Below are positions 36,966-47,526 of a stretch of 64,000 nt of DNA, piece after piece. The stretch comes from Candidatus Omnitrophota bacterium (GTDB lineage Bacteria; Omnitrophota; Gorgyraeia; Gygaellales; Profunditerraquicolaceae). Both the position numbers and the translations under genes were made by a program. The DNA lies in NCBI GenBank assembly GCA_028713155.1, contig JAQTPA010000004.1, forward strand, positions 8,305 to 72,304. The letters are read 5' to 3'. The notes below the pieces were generated by a model. It saw only the letters and a program-made list of their open reading frames with translations. It had not been told where the DNA came from and did not search any database. Each line of letters starts with the position of its first letter. Position 1 is the stretch's first letter.

Positions 36966-38013
36966 AATAGCGGTTATCCCCGGCGACGGCACTGGTCCGG
37001 AAGTAGTTCGCGAGGGGTTAAAAGTGCTGGAGGCGGCCAGCAAAAAATTCAAATTCCAGTATGAAACTAAAGAATTTGATTTCAGCGGTAAAAGGTATTT
37101 AGAGACCGGAAAAATGGTTGACGATAAAGATGTTGAAGAATTAAAAAAATACTCCGCGATTTACCTCGGCGCCGTAGGCGACCCGGATGTAAAACCCGGC
37201 ATAATTGAAACAGGGGTTTTGCTGAAACTCAGGTTTGCCCTGGATCAGTATATAAATTTAAGGCCGGTTAAGCTTTATAGCCCTGATTTTTGCCCGTTAA
37301 AAGATAAAAATCCGGAAGATATCGATTTTGTAGTTGTACGCGAAAATTCCGAAGGCCTGTATAAAGGTATGGGCGAGTTTAAAGACAAAGGGACTAAGGA
37401 AGAAGTCGCGATTCAGATTTCTTATAATACGCGTAAGGGCGTAGAGCGTTGTATCCGTTATGCTTTTGAATATACCCGCAAGCGCAATAAAAGGAAAAAA
37501 CTTACTCTTTGCGGTAAGACAAATGTCCTCACCTATGCCTGGAACCTCTGGGAAAGGGTTTTTTACGAGGTAGCCAAGGAGTATCCCGATATAACCGTGG
37601 ATTATGCGCATGTGGACGCGACAACGATGTGGTTTGTGAAGAATCCCGAATGGTTTGACGTCATTGTTACCGATAATATTTTCGGCGATATCATTACCGA
37701 CCTGGGCGCGATGATCCAGGGTGGGATGGGGATTGCCGCAGGCGGGAACATTAATCCCGAAGGCGTATCTATGTTTGAGCCGATTGGCGGGAGCGCTCCT
37801 AAATATACGGGCAAGAACATAATCAATCCTCTGGCGGCGATTTGCGCCGCAGGGATGATGTTGGATAATTTAGGGCAAGCCGAGGCAGCGCAGGCAATTG
37901 AAAATTCAGTGATCAAGGTCGCTACCCAAAAATTGAAAACTCTTGCCGCCGGTAAAATGGGTTATTCTACTGGCGAGGTCGGAGACCTGGTTGTGGAGAA
38001 TATTCAAAAATGA
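36958..38013 (+). CDS. leuB: 3-isopropylmalate dehydrogenase
   Basis: '[13 protein letters not shown]' and '[19 protein letters not shown]' are isocitrate/isopropylmalate dehydrogenase signatures. Confidence 0.85.
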   Translation: MHKIAVIPGDGTGPEVVREGLKVLEAASKKFKFQYETKEFDFSGKRYLETGKMVDDKDVEELKKYSAIYLGAVGDPDVKPGIIETGVLLKLRFALDQYINLRPVKLYSPDFCPLKDKNPEDIDFVVVRENSEGLYKGMGEFKDKGTKEEVAIQISYNTRKGVERCIRYAFEYTRKRNKRKKLTLCGKTNVLTYAWNLWERVFYEVAKEYPDITVDYAHVDATTMWFVKNPEWFDVIVTDNIFGDIITDLGAMIQGGMGIAAGGNINPEGVSMFEPIGGSAPKYTGKNIINPLAAICAAGMMLDNLGQAEAAQAIENSVIKVATQKLKTLAAGKMGYSTGEVGDLVVENIQK

Positions 38014-39143
38014 AAAAATATAATGTGGCGGTAGTTGGAGCGGGCGTTGTGGGGATCGAGATGCTGCGGGTTTTAAAGCAGCGTAATTTTCCTATCGGAG
38101 AATTGCGGGTCTTTGCGCGCTCAGCCCGGGAGGTAGATATAGACAGAGAAAGATATTCGATAAGGCCGATTTCTCCGGAAGGCTTTGACGGCATCGACAT
38201 CGCTTTATTTGCGGGGACCGAAGGAGAAAAGGGCGCTGCGGTGACTTTCGCTGCGGAGGCGGTAAAGAGAAAGGCAGTAGTCATTGATAACGGCGCGGAT
38301 TTCCGGATGGACCCGAAAGTGCCGTTGGTAGTCCCTGAAGTTAATGCTAAGGATGTAGAACCTATTAGAAATTGGTTTGTTAAAAAACACAGGCCGGAAG
38401 GCCGTGGTTTGGCTTCCGATAGACAAAACCACAGAGGGATTATTGCTAATCCTAATTGCTCCACCATCCAGATGGTCGTAGCCCTCAACCCGATTCATAA
38501 AAAAGTTGGCGTGAAAAGGATTATCGTCACTACTTTGCAGGCCTCCAGCGGCGCGGGAAAAGGAGCTGTTGAGCAGTTAAAAGAGGAAAATTCTTTAATA
38601 GCCCAAGGGGGTTTTGGCAATGTGCGCGTAAGCGCGGTCAATAAATCCATGCCGCAGCAGTTGGCCTATAATGTTTTTCCGCACATCGGCTCTTTTATTG
38701 AAGGCGATTACAGCGCAGGGGCGCGTACCGGCTACTCCGCTGTAGCCGGGTACACCAACGAGGAATGGAAACTGGTTAAGGAAACTCATAAGATTATGCA
38801 CGCGCCGAAAATCAAGATTTCGGCAACTACGGTGCGGGTTCCGGTCAGGACCGGGCATTCGGAATCGATTTATATTGAGACTTGCCGGCCTATTTCAGCT
38901 GATCAGGCTAGAGCTATTCTTTCCCAAGCGCCCGGTGTGATTTTAATGGATGAGCCCAAAAATAATCTCTATCCTATGCCTAAGGATGTGGAAGGCCGGG
39001 ATGAAACTTTTGTCGGCCGTATCCGTAAAGATGCTTTCGTAAAAAACGGTTTATGGCTGTGGGTGGTGGCGGATAATCTGCGTAAAGGCGCTTCTACCAA
39101 TGCTGTCCAAATCGCCGAATGCGTAATATCAGGCTCGAAATAG
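38010..39143 (+). CDS. asd: aspartate-semialdehyde dehydrogenase
   Basis: 'VAVVGAGVVG' and active-site 'IANPNCSTI'. Confidence 0.8.
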   Translation: MKKYNVAVVGAGVVGIEMLRVLKQRNFPIGELRVFARSAREVDIDRERYSIRPISPEGFDGIDIALFAGTEGEKGAAVTFAAEAVKRKAVVIDNGADFRMDPKVPLVVPEVNAKDVEPIRNWFVKKHRPEGRGLASDRQNHRGIIANPNCSTIQMVVALNPIHKKVGVKRIIVTTLQASSGAGKGAVEQLKEENSLIAQGGFGNVRVSAVNKSMPQQLAYNVFPHIGSFIEGDYSAGARTGYSAVAGYTNEEWKLVKETHKIMHAPKIKISATTVRVPVRTGHSESIYIETCRPISADQARAILSQAPGVILMDEPKNNLYPMPKDVEGRDETFVGRIRKDAFVKNGLWLWVVADNLRKGASTNAVQIAECVISGSK

Positions 39144-39859
39144 AATACGACGGCTCAAATTACGCCGGCTGGCAGGTGCAACCTAAAGGCCGCGCTAAGA
39201 CAATCCAGGCAGTAATCGAAAAAACCCTCCGCAAAATCCTTCAGGAAAAAATAAAATTAATTGCTTCAGGAAGGACCGACGCCGGCGTGCATGCCAGGGC
39301 CCAGGTAGCTAATTTTTTTACCTGCTCCAAAATGGATCTTAGCCGCTTAAAGATCGCTTTAAACGGGGTGCTTCCCGAAGATATCAAGGTTATCCGGCTA
39401 GGCGAGGAAGGGCCGTGTTTCCATAGCCGCTTTAGGGCTAAATCCAAGATTTACCGCTATACTATATTGAACCGCGATTATTCTTCCCCTCTTTTAAGGA
39501 ACACGGTTTACTTCTACCCCCATCCTCTGGATATAAAACTTATGCGCAAGGAGTCTTTGGGTTTGTTGGGGAGGCATAACTTCAGCGCCTTTTGCGCTGC
39601 CAGAGGAAAAGAAAAAAATCCGGTTAAAACAATAAAGAAATTATCGATCGTTAAGAAAAAAGATTTTATTCATATTGATATTGAGGCGGATGGATTTCTG
39701 TATAATATGGTCAGGAATATCGCCGGGACGCTGGTCGAGATAGGCAGGGGGAGCCTAGCGGCCGGCTCTCTGAGGAAAATACTGCTTTCGCGCAAGCGCA
39801 GCCTTGCCGGCCCCACTATCCCGGCAAAAGGCCTATGTCTTTTAAAGGTAAAGTATTAA
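39119..39859 (+). CDS. truA: tRNA pseudouridine(38-40) synthase
   Basis: 'IEYDGSNYAGWQVQP' and catalytic Asp in 'GRTDAGVHA'. Confidence 0.85.
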   Translation: MRNIRLEIEYDGSNYAGWQVQPKGRAKTIQAVIEKTLRKILQEKIKLIASGRTDAGVHARAQVANFFTCSKMDLSRLKIALNGVLPEDIKVIRLGEEGPCFHSRFRAKSKIYRYTILNRDYSSPLLRNTVYFYPHPLDIKLMRKESLGLLGRHNFSAFCAARGKEKNPVKTIKKLSIVKKKDFIHIDIEADGFLYNMVRNIAGTLVEIGRGSLAAGSLRKILLSRKRSLAGPTIPAKGLCLLKVKY

Positions 39860-39862
39860 CCT

Positions 39863-41389
39863 ATGGTTGATCAACATACAAAAAAGGTTTCCTGGAATTT
39901 TTTTTCCGGGCTGGTTATAAGCAGCTTATTGGTATTACAACTTACCCGCTGGCTCATCCTGCCGCAGTTTATGGATATTTATTACCATCTTCTTACTGCC
40001 CAGGGTTTTATCCAGGCCGGCGGATACAGCGGTTGGGATTTCTGGCAGTACGCGCCTGCCGGCAGGCCGCATATTTACCCGCCGTTTTTCCATCTGGCGT
40101 TAGCGGGGTTTATCCAAGCCGGGGTAAACCCGGTTATCCTGGCTAAATTATGCGAATCACTCATCCCGGTTGTCCTGTTAATAACTTTATGGAAGTTTAT
40201 TAAAGATAATTACGGCCCGGAATTGGCTTTTTTCAGTGCCCTGCTTTTCTTTTCATCGTCTTCTTTTTACCTTTCTTTGTTGAACCATATCCCCGCGACC
40301 CTTTCTTTAATATTCGGGATTTTGTCCTTAAGCCAGTTATTTAAAAAAAGGCTGCTGCGTTCGGCAATATTATTGAGCCTCGTTTTTTATACGCACATCG
40401 GCATATCCTTCTTTTTCGCAATGACTTTTCTGATCTACGGTTTATTAAACAAGGAGATCAGGAAAAGGGCGACCGGAGTTTTGCTAACCGCGCTTATCCT
40501 TGGCCTGCCCATTATAATCAAGGAACTCAGCGTATTGAAGTTTATGCATACCTTCGGATTCAATCTGCATGAGAAATATTTATGCCAGATTAAAATAATT
40601 GAATCTATCTTAGGGGTTATCGGATTATTTCAGTCGTTAAAAAGAGGCAAAGAATACCGCCTGTTTGCAGGGATGTTCCTGGCGAGCCTAGTATTTATAA
40701 TTTACCCTTACCGTCTTTTATCAGCCGAAGGGTATTTACCCATAATACTGCTTTGTGCGTTTTGCCTCCTGAATTTATACCGCAAGGTAAACAAGCGTTA
40801 TCTGATTTTGGTTATCGCGGTATTTATCCTGTTTTTTTCGCCCACTTTTTCAATGTATAAAGAAGTCCGGGAGACAAAGATAGATTATAAGGTGAAGATG
40901 TTCGATTCGGCTTTCCTGAATTTATTACTTGCCAGGAGCAAAATATTCTGGTTCCCCCAAGAGTATATCTCCGCGGCTAAAATAGTGGAAGCTAATTCCG
41001 CTCCCGCAGACGTAACTTACTGCACCCTGGATTTTTTAGGCCTGACTATCTCCAGTATAGCTGCCCGGCCAAGTGCCAATGCCCTTTTACCCGAAATAAA
41101 AACGGTAAAAGGCTTTAATCCCTTTATAGGCTCGACAATAATCATATTTACCCGCATTGATGATGAGAGGATGGTGGATTTAACGGTAAGGAAGCTTAAT
41201 CTAGTCAAGGTAGGAGAGAATAAGTTTTTTTTGGTGTATAAAAATACCGGTTGCCGCTCTCAGGCCGGCGTAATAAAAGCCACTCTGCCGTTTTGGGTGG
41301 TTAGCTGCGCGGCTGCATTACTCTTGTTTATTTTTTGGCAGGCAGCCAGGATTGAAGGATTTATATATAAATTCATAAAAAATATTTGA
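39863..41389 (+). CDS. polytopic membrane protein, GT-C fold glycosyltransferase-like (PMT_2/ArnT-type)
   Basis: 508 aa with >10 TM segments. Its N-terminal pattern 'MDIYYH...GYSGWDFW...RPHIYPPFFHLALAGF...ELAFFSALLF' resembles the PMT_2/ArnT family (family consensus recalled from memory, not searched). Confidence 0.4.
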   Translation: MVDQHTKKVSWNFFSGLVISSLLVLQLTRWLILPQFMDIYYHLLTAQGFIQAGGYSGWDFWQYAPAGRPHIYPPFFHLALAGFIQAGVNPVILAKLCESLIPVVLLITLWKFIKDNYGPELAFFSALLFFSSSSFYLSLLNHIPATLSLIFGILSLSQLFKKRLLRSAILLSLVFYTHIGISFFFAMTFLIYGLLNKEIRKRATGVLLTALILGLPIIIKELSVLKFMHTFGFNLHEKYLCQIKIIESILGVIGLFQSLKRGKEYRLFAGMFLASLVFIIYPYRLLSAEGYLPIILLCAFCLLNLYRKVNKRYLILVIAVFILFFSPTFSMYKEVRETKIDYKVKMFDSAFLNLLLARSKIFWFPQEYISAAKIVEANSAPADVTYCTLDFLGLTISSIAARPSANALLPEIKTVKGFNPFIGSTIIIFTRIDDERMVDLTVRKLNLVKVGENKFFLVYKNTGCRSQAGVIKATLPFWVVSCAAALLLFIFWQAARIEGFIYKFIKNI

Positions 41390-41413
41390 CTTAAAGCGTA
41401 AATGTGTTATACT
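41386..41413 (+). promoter_or_regulatory. promoter TTGACT-16-TATACT for rplM-rpsI, leaderless-type
   Basis: -35 at 41386-41391 and -10 at 41408-41413. 9 nt to ATG 41423 with no SD. Confidence 0.45.
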
Positions 41414-41422
41414 TAAAAATCT

Positions 41423-41854
41423 ATGAAAAGGACCTATGTGGCAAAAAAAGAGGATATCCAGAGGGTTTGGTATTTAGTTGACGCCAAGGATAAAATCCTG
41501 GGCCGGGTGGCGGCTAAGGTAGCATCTATCTTAAGGGGTAAGCATAAGGCAATTTTTACCCCGCATATCGATACCGGAGATGCCGTTGTTATAATAAATG
41601 CTTCCAAAGTCAGGCTGACCGGCAGAAAAACCAAACAAAAAGTCTACCGCAGGTATTCCGGTTACCCGGGTGGCTTAAGGGAAGTTTCTTTTGAGAAGAT
41701 GTTTACGCATAAGCCTACAACCGTAATTAAGCTGGCAGTCCGGCGTATGCTTCCCGGAGGCGCGTTAGGCCACGTTATGTTAAAGAAATTAAAGATTTAT
41801 AGCGATGATAAGCATGGGCAGATAGCCCAAAAGCCGCAAATCTTGGAGGTTTAA
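41423..41854 (+). CDS. rplM: 50S ribosomal protein L13
   Basis: 'WYLVDAKDKILGRVA...LRGKHK' is canonical L13. Confidence 0.9.
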   Translation: MKRTYVAKKEDIQRVWYLVDAKDKILGRVAAKVASILRGKHKAIFTPHIDTGDAVVIINASKVRLTGRKTKQKVYRRYSGYPGGLREVSFEKMFTHKPTTVIKLAVRRMLPGGALGHVMLKKLKIYSDDKHGQIAQKPQILEV

Positions 41855-41862
41855 ATAATTAA

Positions 41863-42258
41863 ATGAGCGATACAGTTAAATATACGGCAGTAGGCAGGCG
41901 CAAGGAATCAGTGGCCAGGGTCATACTTATCCCCGGAAAAGGCGGTTTTACCGTAAATAAACGGCCTTATGAAAAATATTTCTTAAGAGAAACTGACAGG
42001 ATTATCGTGAAACAACCTTTAGATGCGACAAATAATATGAATAAATACGATGTTATTGCTAATATAAACGGAGGCGGACTTACCGGCCAGGCAGGCGCTT
42101 TGCGGCTGGGTATTTCGCGCGCGCTGCTTTCTATGGACCCGGCCTTAAAAGACTTATTGCGTAAACAGGGTTATTTGACCCGCGACCCGCGCGCAAAGGA
42201 ACGCAAGAAATACGGCCAGAAGGGCGCACGCAAACGCTTCCAGTGGACTAAGAGGTAA
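41863..42258 (+). CDS. rpsI: 30S ribosomal protein S9
   Basis: C-terminal 'GGGLTGQAGALRLGISRAL...RDPRAKERKKYG..KARKRFQWTKR'. Confidence 0.9.
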   Translation: MSDTVKYTAVGRRKESVARVILIPGKGGFTVNKRPYEKYFLRETDRIIVKQPLDATNNMNKYDVIANINGGGLTGQAGALRLGISRALLSMDPALKDLLRKQGYLTRDPRAKERKKYGQKGARKRFQWTKR

Positions 42259-42283
42259 AATAAATTATATAGTTTTAAATTAG

Positions 42284-42316
42284 AAACCCCGCTGGAATCA
42301 GCGGGGTTTTTTATTT
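42284..42316 (+). terminator. rho-independent terminator after rpsI
   Basis: aaaccccgctggaatcagcggggtttttt. Confidence 0.7.
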
Positions 42317-42337
42317 TATACCCCGACGAGAAAATGC

Positions 42338-42366
42338 TTGACTACGACGGGATTTTATTCTAAGAT
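42338..42366 (+). promoter_or_regulatory. promoter TTGACT-17-TAAGAT for the arg operon
   Basis: -35 at 42338-42343 and -10 at 42361-42366. RBS aggggag precedes ATG 42395. Confidence 0.45.
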
Positions 42367-42394
42367 TAAAAATATATTTAGGGGAGATAACAGT

Positions 42395-43417
42395 ATGGTA
42401 AAGGTTGGGATTGTGGGAGTAAGCGGTTACACAGGGGAAGAATTAATCCGTATCCTGCTTAGGCACCCGGGGGTTAAGCTGAACGGCCTTTTTTCAAGCA
42501 GCGCCTATGCCAAGCCGATTGCGGAAATATTCCCCGACCTCGCCGGCAAACTGGACTTAGTTTGCCTGAAGCCGGCTATAAAGGATATCGTCGGTAAATG
42601 CGATGTCGTATTCCTGGCTTTACCGCATACTACTTCCATGGATTTAGTGCCGCAGCTGATTAAGGCGGGTAAGAGAGTCATTGACCTGAGTGCCGATTAC
42701 AGGCTAAAGGACTTTAAGGCCTATGAAAAATTTTATCAGTATAAACATAAAGATAAGGCAAATTTAAAGAGCTCTGTTTACGGGCTGCCGGAATTATACC
42801 GGGCCCAAATAAAAAAGGCCGGGATCGTGGCTAATCCCGGTTGTTATCCGACGGCAGCCATATTGGCCCTGGCTCCGCTGGCCGCAATAGGTGCGGCGGA
42901 TTTTAACTCGGTAATTATCGATGCCAAGTCCGGCGTAAGCGGCGCCGGAAGAAAGAAAACCGAAGTATTTTTCTCTTCGCCGGACAAGGAAGATTTTAAG
43001 GCTTATAAGGTTGGCGTGCACCAGCATACTCCGGAAATCAACCAGGCGTTAGCAATCCTGGCAGGCAAGAAAGTTAAGGTGACTTTTGTGCCGCATCTAT
43101 TACCGGTAAAGATAGGAATATTGGAAACGATATATATCAAAAAAAATCAAAAAGCAAAAATCAAAAAGCTAAAGTTAGTTGATTTATATAAGAAATTCTA
43201 TAAGCATGAGCCATTCGTGAGAATAAAAGCTGAAGGAGAATTCCCGGCTTTAAAAGATGTAGTGGGAACTAATTTTTGCGACATCGGGATTAAAGATTGC
43301 GTCGATAGCGTGATTGTGATTTCGGCTATTGATAACTTAATCAAGGGAGCTTCGGGCCAGGCAGTACAGAATCTGAATATAATGTATAGATTCCCGGAGA
43401 CAGCAGGGTTATTATGA
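42395..43417 (+). CDS. argC: N-acetyl-gamma-glutamyl-phosphate reductase
   Basis: 'VGIVGVSGYTGEELIRIL' and catalytic 'NPGCYPT'. Start placed at ATG 42395. Confidence 0.9.
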   Translation: MVKVGIVGVSGYTGEELIRILLRHPGVKLNGLFSSSAYAKPIAEIFPDLAGKLDLVCLKPAIKDIVGKCDVVFLALPHTTSMDLVPQLIKAGKRVIDLSADYRLKDFKAYEKFYQYKHKDKANLKSSVYGLPELYRAQIKKAGIVANPGCYPTAAILALAPLAAIGAADFNSVIIDAKSGVSGAGRKKTEVFFSSPDKEDFKAYKVGVHQHTPEINQALAILAGKKVKVTFVPHLLPVKIGILETIYIKKNQKAKIKKLKLVDLYKKFYKHEPFVRIKAEGEFPALKDVVGTNFCDIGIKDCVDSVIVISAIDNLIKGASGQAVQNLNIMYRFPETAGLL

Positions 43418-44550
43418 AAACGTATAAAAAAGGGATTTTGCCGGTTGGTTTTAAGGCCAGCGGTATATCCTGCGGCCTAAAAAGGTCAGGCAAGCCCGAC
43501 CTGGCTTTATTTTTTTCGGAAAATCCGGCTTTGGCCAGTTGCGTATTTACGACTAACGATATTTTGGCTGCTCCGGTAGTTTTAAGTAAAGCTCACCTGA
43601 AGAATAACAGCAGTTTTCAGGCGATCATCGCCAATAGCGCAAATGCGAATTGTTTTACCGGTAGTGCGGCCTTAAAAGACGCAGGGGAAACCGCGCGGGT
43701 CTTAGCTAAAGCCCTGGGTCTCAGGAAAGAATGTGTTTTGGTTGCTTCAACCGGAATTATCGGCAAGAGATTGCCGGTTTTGAAAATTAAACGGGGCATT
43801 CCCGAAGTGATTAAGAAATTATCTTCTCAAGGCATAGATAAAGCCGCAAAAGCGATAATGACTACGGATACCTTTGCCAAGATTTTTTCGGTAAAGTTTA
43901 ACGTGGGCGCCAAAGAAATTACAGTATGCGGGGTAGCCAAGGGCGCGGGGATGATTGCCCCGAATATGGCTACTTTGTTGAGTTTTATTTTTACGGATGC
44001 CCAGATTAGCCAGGGAGCGTTGAATAAGGCCTTAAAGCAAGCGGTGGATGTTTCTTTTAATTCCATAACAGTAGACGGATGTATGAGCACCAATGACTCG
44101 GTTATGCTTTTGGCAAACGCTAAGGCCGGCAATCCTTTAATTAACCAGGGAAAGAATTTAAATTTATTTACGCAAGCCTTAAGTTTAGTCTGCCTGGAAT
44201 TAGCTAAGATGATTGTCCGGGATGCTGAAGGCGCCAGTAAATTTATCAAGATTACCGTAAAATCCGCCAGGGACCAGAAAACAGCTAAGGCCGTAGCCTT
44301 AAATATAGCTAACTCTAACCTTTTTAAGACAGCCGTATACGGAGAAAACCCGAATTTCGGCAGGATTGCTTCTGCGGCCGGTTCATGCGGGGCGGGAATT
44401 AAGGAAGGGAATTTGAAAATAAAAGTAAGTTCATTAAAGAAGAAAGACATAGACGTGGAAGTCTCGCTTAATCAGGGAAACTCCGGAGCGGTGGTTTATA
44501 CTTCGGACCTGACACCTGAGTATATAAAAATAAACGCTGAATATAATTAA
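43414..44550 (+). CDS. argJ: glutamate N-acetyltransferase / ornithine acetyltransferase
   Basis: Autocatalytic cleavage site 'ATLLSF' and 'ITVDGCMSTNDSV'. Confidence 0.85.
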   Translation: MKTYKKGILPVGFKASGISCGLKRSGKPDLALFFSENPALASCVFTTNDILAAPVVLSKAHLKNNSSFQAIIANSANANCFTGSAALKDAGETARVLAKALGLRKECVLVASTGIIGKRLPVLKIKRGIPEVIKKLSSQGIDKAAKAIMTTDTFAKIFSVKFNVGAKEITVCGVAKGAGMIAPNMATLLSFIFTDAQISQGALNKALKQAVDVSFNSITVDGCMSTNDSVMLLANAKAGNPLINQGKNLNLFTQALSLVCLELAKMIVRDAEGASKFIKITVKSARDQKTAKAVALNIANSNLFKTAVYGENPNFGRIASAAGSCGAGIKEGNLKIKVSSLKKKDIDVEVSLNQGNSGAVVYTSDLTPEYIKINAEYN

Positions 44551-44562
44551 GAAAGGATATAA

Positions 44563-45417
44563 ATGGAAGAAGCGATCAGAAAGGCAGACGTATTAATAGA
44601 AGCCCTGCCCTATATAAAGAAGTTCCATAAGAAAGTAATTGTCATAAAATACGGAGGCAGTATCTTAGGAGAAGAAAAGATACGTAAGGGGGTTTTGGAG
44701 GATATTGTCTTCCTGAATTTTATGGGGTTAAAGCCTGTCTTAGTCCATGGCGGTGGCCCGAACATAAGCGAGCGTATGCGAAACTCCGGCAAGAAGAGTG
44801 AGTTTGTGGATGGTATGCGCGTTACCGATGAAGAGACGCTGGCGGTAGTTGAGGAAGAGCTGCAGTCTTTAAATGATACTATTGTTGATGAGATTTCGGA
44901 ATTGGGGGCCAAGTGTATCGGCCTAAACGGTAAGAAAGGACAGTTGATCCAGGCTGAAAAGAAAAAAGCAAAGATAGATTTAGGCCTGGTCGGTAATATT
45001 GTCGGCGTGAACGCAGAAATGATCCTGAAGGAATTGGAAAAAGATAAAATAGCGGTAATTCTGCCGATGGCCAGCGATAAAGAGAAAAAGGCTTACAATG
45101 TCAATGCGGATGAAGCTGCCTCAAGCGCGGCCGGCAGCCTGGAAGCGGAAAAATTTGTTTTATTAACCAATGTGAAGGGGATTTTGCGTAACCCCGAAGA
45201 CCCCCACTCATTTATATCAACATTAACTACTCAAGAAGCCAAGGGGTTGATTGAGGATAATGTTATACAACAAGGCATGATCCCGAAAGTTAAGGCCTGT
45301 ATCGATGCTTTAAAAAAAGGAGTCAAGAAAACGCATATTGTTGACGCGCGCATTCCCCACGGGCTGCTCCTGGAGATATTTACCGACCAGGGTATAGGGA
45401 CGGAGATCATTCAATGA
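44563..45417 (+). CDS. argB: acetylglutamate kinase
   Basis: 'VIKYGGS' and 'VLVHGGGP' amino-acid kinase motifs. Confidence 0.9.
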   Translation: MEEAIRKADVLIEALPYIKKFHKKVIVIKYGGSILGEEKIRKGVLEDIVFLNFMGLKPVLVHGGGPNISERMRNSGKKSEFVDGMRVTDEETLAVVEEELQSLNDTIVDEISELGAKCIGLNGKKGQLIQAEKKKAKIDLGLVGNIVGVNAEMILKELEKDKIAVILPMASDKEKKAYNVNADEAASSAAGSLEAEKFVLLTNVKGILRNPEDPHSFISTLTTQEAKGLIEDNVIQQGMIPKVKACIDALKKGVKKTHIVDARIPHGLLLEIFTDQGIGTEIIQ

Positions 45418-46589
45418 AACTGGAAGAAGTTTTCGCAAGTTATAAAGAAAATATAATGCCCACTTATACCAAGGTTCCCCTGGTATTTGTTAAGGGCAAG
45501 GGCTCTAAACTTTGGGATATCCATAATAAGGCATACCTGGATTTTTTCCCGGGTTGGGGGGTGGGAAACCTTGGCCATTGCCATCCTAAGGTAATGCAGG
45601 CAGTGCGGGATCAGGTTGCCAAGTTAATTTTTATCCCGAATAACTATTACCATATACCCCAGGCGAGGTTAGCTAAGGAATTGGTGTACTGGTCTTATCC
45701 GGCCAAGGTATTCTTTTGTAATTCCGGGGCAGAGGCGAATGAGGGGGCGTTTAAGCTGGCCAGAAAATACGGCCAAGGCAGGTATGAAATTATTACTTTT
45801 GAAAATTCCTTTCACGGAAGGACCCTGGCTACGCTCGCTGCTACCGGGCAGAAAAAATACCAGGAAGGTTTTAGCCCCTTACCCGAGGGTTTTAAAACAG
45901 TTAAATTCAATGACCTGGAGGCAGTAAAGCAGGCAGTCAGTGATAAAACTATCGCTATAATGTTAGAGTTGGTGCAGGGCGAGGGCGGGATAAATGTCGC
46001 TAGCGGGGATTTTGTTTCGGGACTGAGAAAGTTATGCGCTGAGAAGAAATTGCTACTTATCGTGGATGAAGTGCAGACCGGCGTGGGCAGGACAGGTAAA
46101 TTATTTTGCTACCAGCATTACGGGTTGACCCCGGATATTATGACTTTGGCTAAATCATTGGGCGGCGGACTTCCGATAGGAGCGCTGGTCGTCAGAAAAG
46201 AAATTGCCGATACTTTAGGTCCGGGAATGCATGCCTCAACTTTTGGCGGCGGGCCGGTGATAGCCCGGGCGGCTCTGGCAGTATTAAAGGCGGTGCAAAA
46301 GGAAAAATTACTTAAAAATACCCGGGCAATGGGCGAGTATTTATTTACCAAGCTCAATACCTTAAAAGAAAAATCCCCGGTTATCCAGGAGGTAAGGGGT
46401 TTAGGTTTAATGGCGGGAGTGGAATTAAATATAGAAGGTAAAGAAGTCGTTGAAAAGTGTATCAGCCAGGGGCTGTTGATTAATTGCACTCACGCCAGGG
46501 TATTAAGGCTTATGCCGGCGCTGAATGTCACCAAGAAAGAAATAGATAAGGCGATCGGCATACTGCAAAATGTATTAGAGAGTAGTTAA
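45414..46589 (+). CDS. argD: acetylornithine aminotransferase
   Basis: Class-III PLP aminotransferase with 'LIVDEVQTGVGRTGK' and 'TLAKSLGGGLPIGA'. Confidence 0.85.
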   Translation: MKLEEVFASYKENIMPTYTKVPLVFVKGKGSKLWDIHNKAYLDFFPGWGVGNLGHCHPKVMQAVRDQVAKLIFIPNNYYHIPQARLAKELVYWSYPAKVFFCNSGAEANEGAFKLARKYGQGRYEIITFENSFHGRTLATLAATGQKKYQEGFSPLPEGFKTVKFNDLEAVKQAVSDKTIAIMLELVQGEGGINVASGDFVSGLRKLCAEKKLLLIVDEVQTGVGRTGKLFCYQHYGLTPDIMTLAKSLGGGLPIGALVVRKEIADTLGPGMHASTFGGGPVIARAALAVLKAVQKEKLLKNTRAMGEYLFTKLNTLKEKSPVIQEVRGLGLMAGVELNIEGKEVVEKCISQGLLINCTHARVLRLMPALNVTKKEIDKAIGILQNVLESS

Positions 46590-46604
46590 TAGATAGGGGA
46601 GAAG

Positions 46605-47522
46605 ATGAAAAAGGACCTGCTTACGATAAATGATTTAACGGTAAAAGAGATCCAGGAATTATTCAGCCTTACCGATAAACTGAAAAAAAATAAGGCTAAA
46701 TTTGGAAAAACGCTTTTCGGTAAAACACTGGTGCTTATTTTTCAGAAACCTTCCAACAGAACCAGGGTTTCTTTTGAGGTGGGCATGTTCCAGCTGGGCG
46801 GGAACTCTTTATACCTTGCGCCTAATGAAATAAACCTGGGCATAAGAGAATCTATCGCCGACGTAGCCAGGACTCTTTCCAGATATGTTGACGGTATAGT
46901 CATCAGGACATTTGAACATAAAAATTGCCTGGAGTTGGCTAAGGAGGCGACTGTTCCGGTAATTAACGGCTTGTCGGATTTTTCGCACCCCTGCCAGGCA
47001 TTAGCGGATTTGTATACAGTAAAAGAAAAACTAAAGGTGCTTAAGGGCCTGACTTTAGCTTATGTAGGCGATGGGAATAATGTCTGTAATTCATTGCTCT
47101 TTATTTGTGCCAAATTAGGCGTGAATATGAATGTGGGTTGCCCCAAGGGTTATGAACCGGACGCTGCGGTATTAAAAGATGCTAAGGCAGCTGCAGAAGC
47201 CAGCGGCGCAGGGATAAATTTATTTAATGATGCTTTCAGCGCGGTTAAGGCTGCGGATGTGATTTATACCGATGTCTGGGCAAGTATGGGCCAGGAAGAT
47301 GAGGCCGCTAAAAGGAAAGAAGCCTTCAGGGGTTTCCAGGTAAATAAAAATTTGGTGGAATCAGCCAAAGCCAATGTTTTAATTATGCACTGCCTTCCCG
47401 CGCACAGAGGGGAAGAGATAACTGATGACGTTTTAAATAGCCAGAATGCGGTTATATTTGATGAGGCGGAGAATAGGATGCACGTGCAGAAAGCGGTTCT
47501 AATAAAATTATTAGGGAGATAA
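46605..47522 (+). CDS. argF: ornithine carbamoyltransferase
   Basis: 'PSNRTRVSFEVG' (STRTR) and 'HCLPAHRGEE'. Confidence 0.85.
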   Translation: MKKDLLTINDLTVKEIQELFSLTDKLKKNKAKFGKTLFGKTLVLIFQKPSNRTRVSFEVGMFQLGGNSLYLAPNEINLGIRESIADVARTLSRYVDGIVIRTFEHKNCLELAKEATVPVINGLSDFSHPCQALADLYTVKEKLKVLKGLTLAYVGDGNNVCNSLLFICAKLGVNMNVGCPKGYEPDAAVLKDAKAAAEASGAGINLFNDAFSAVKAADVIYTDVWASMGQEDEAAKRKEAFRGFQVNKNLVESAKANVLIMHCLPAHRGEEITDDVLNSQNAVIFDEAENRMHVQKAVLIKLLGR

Positions 47523-47526
47523 TTAA

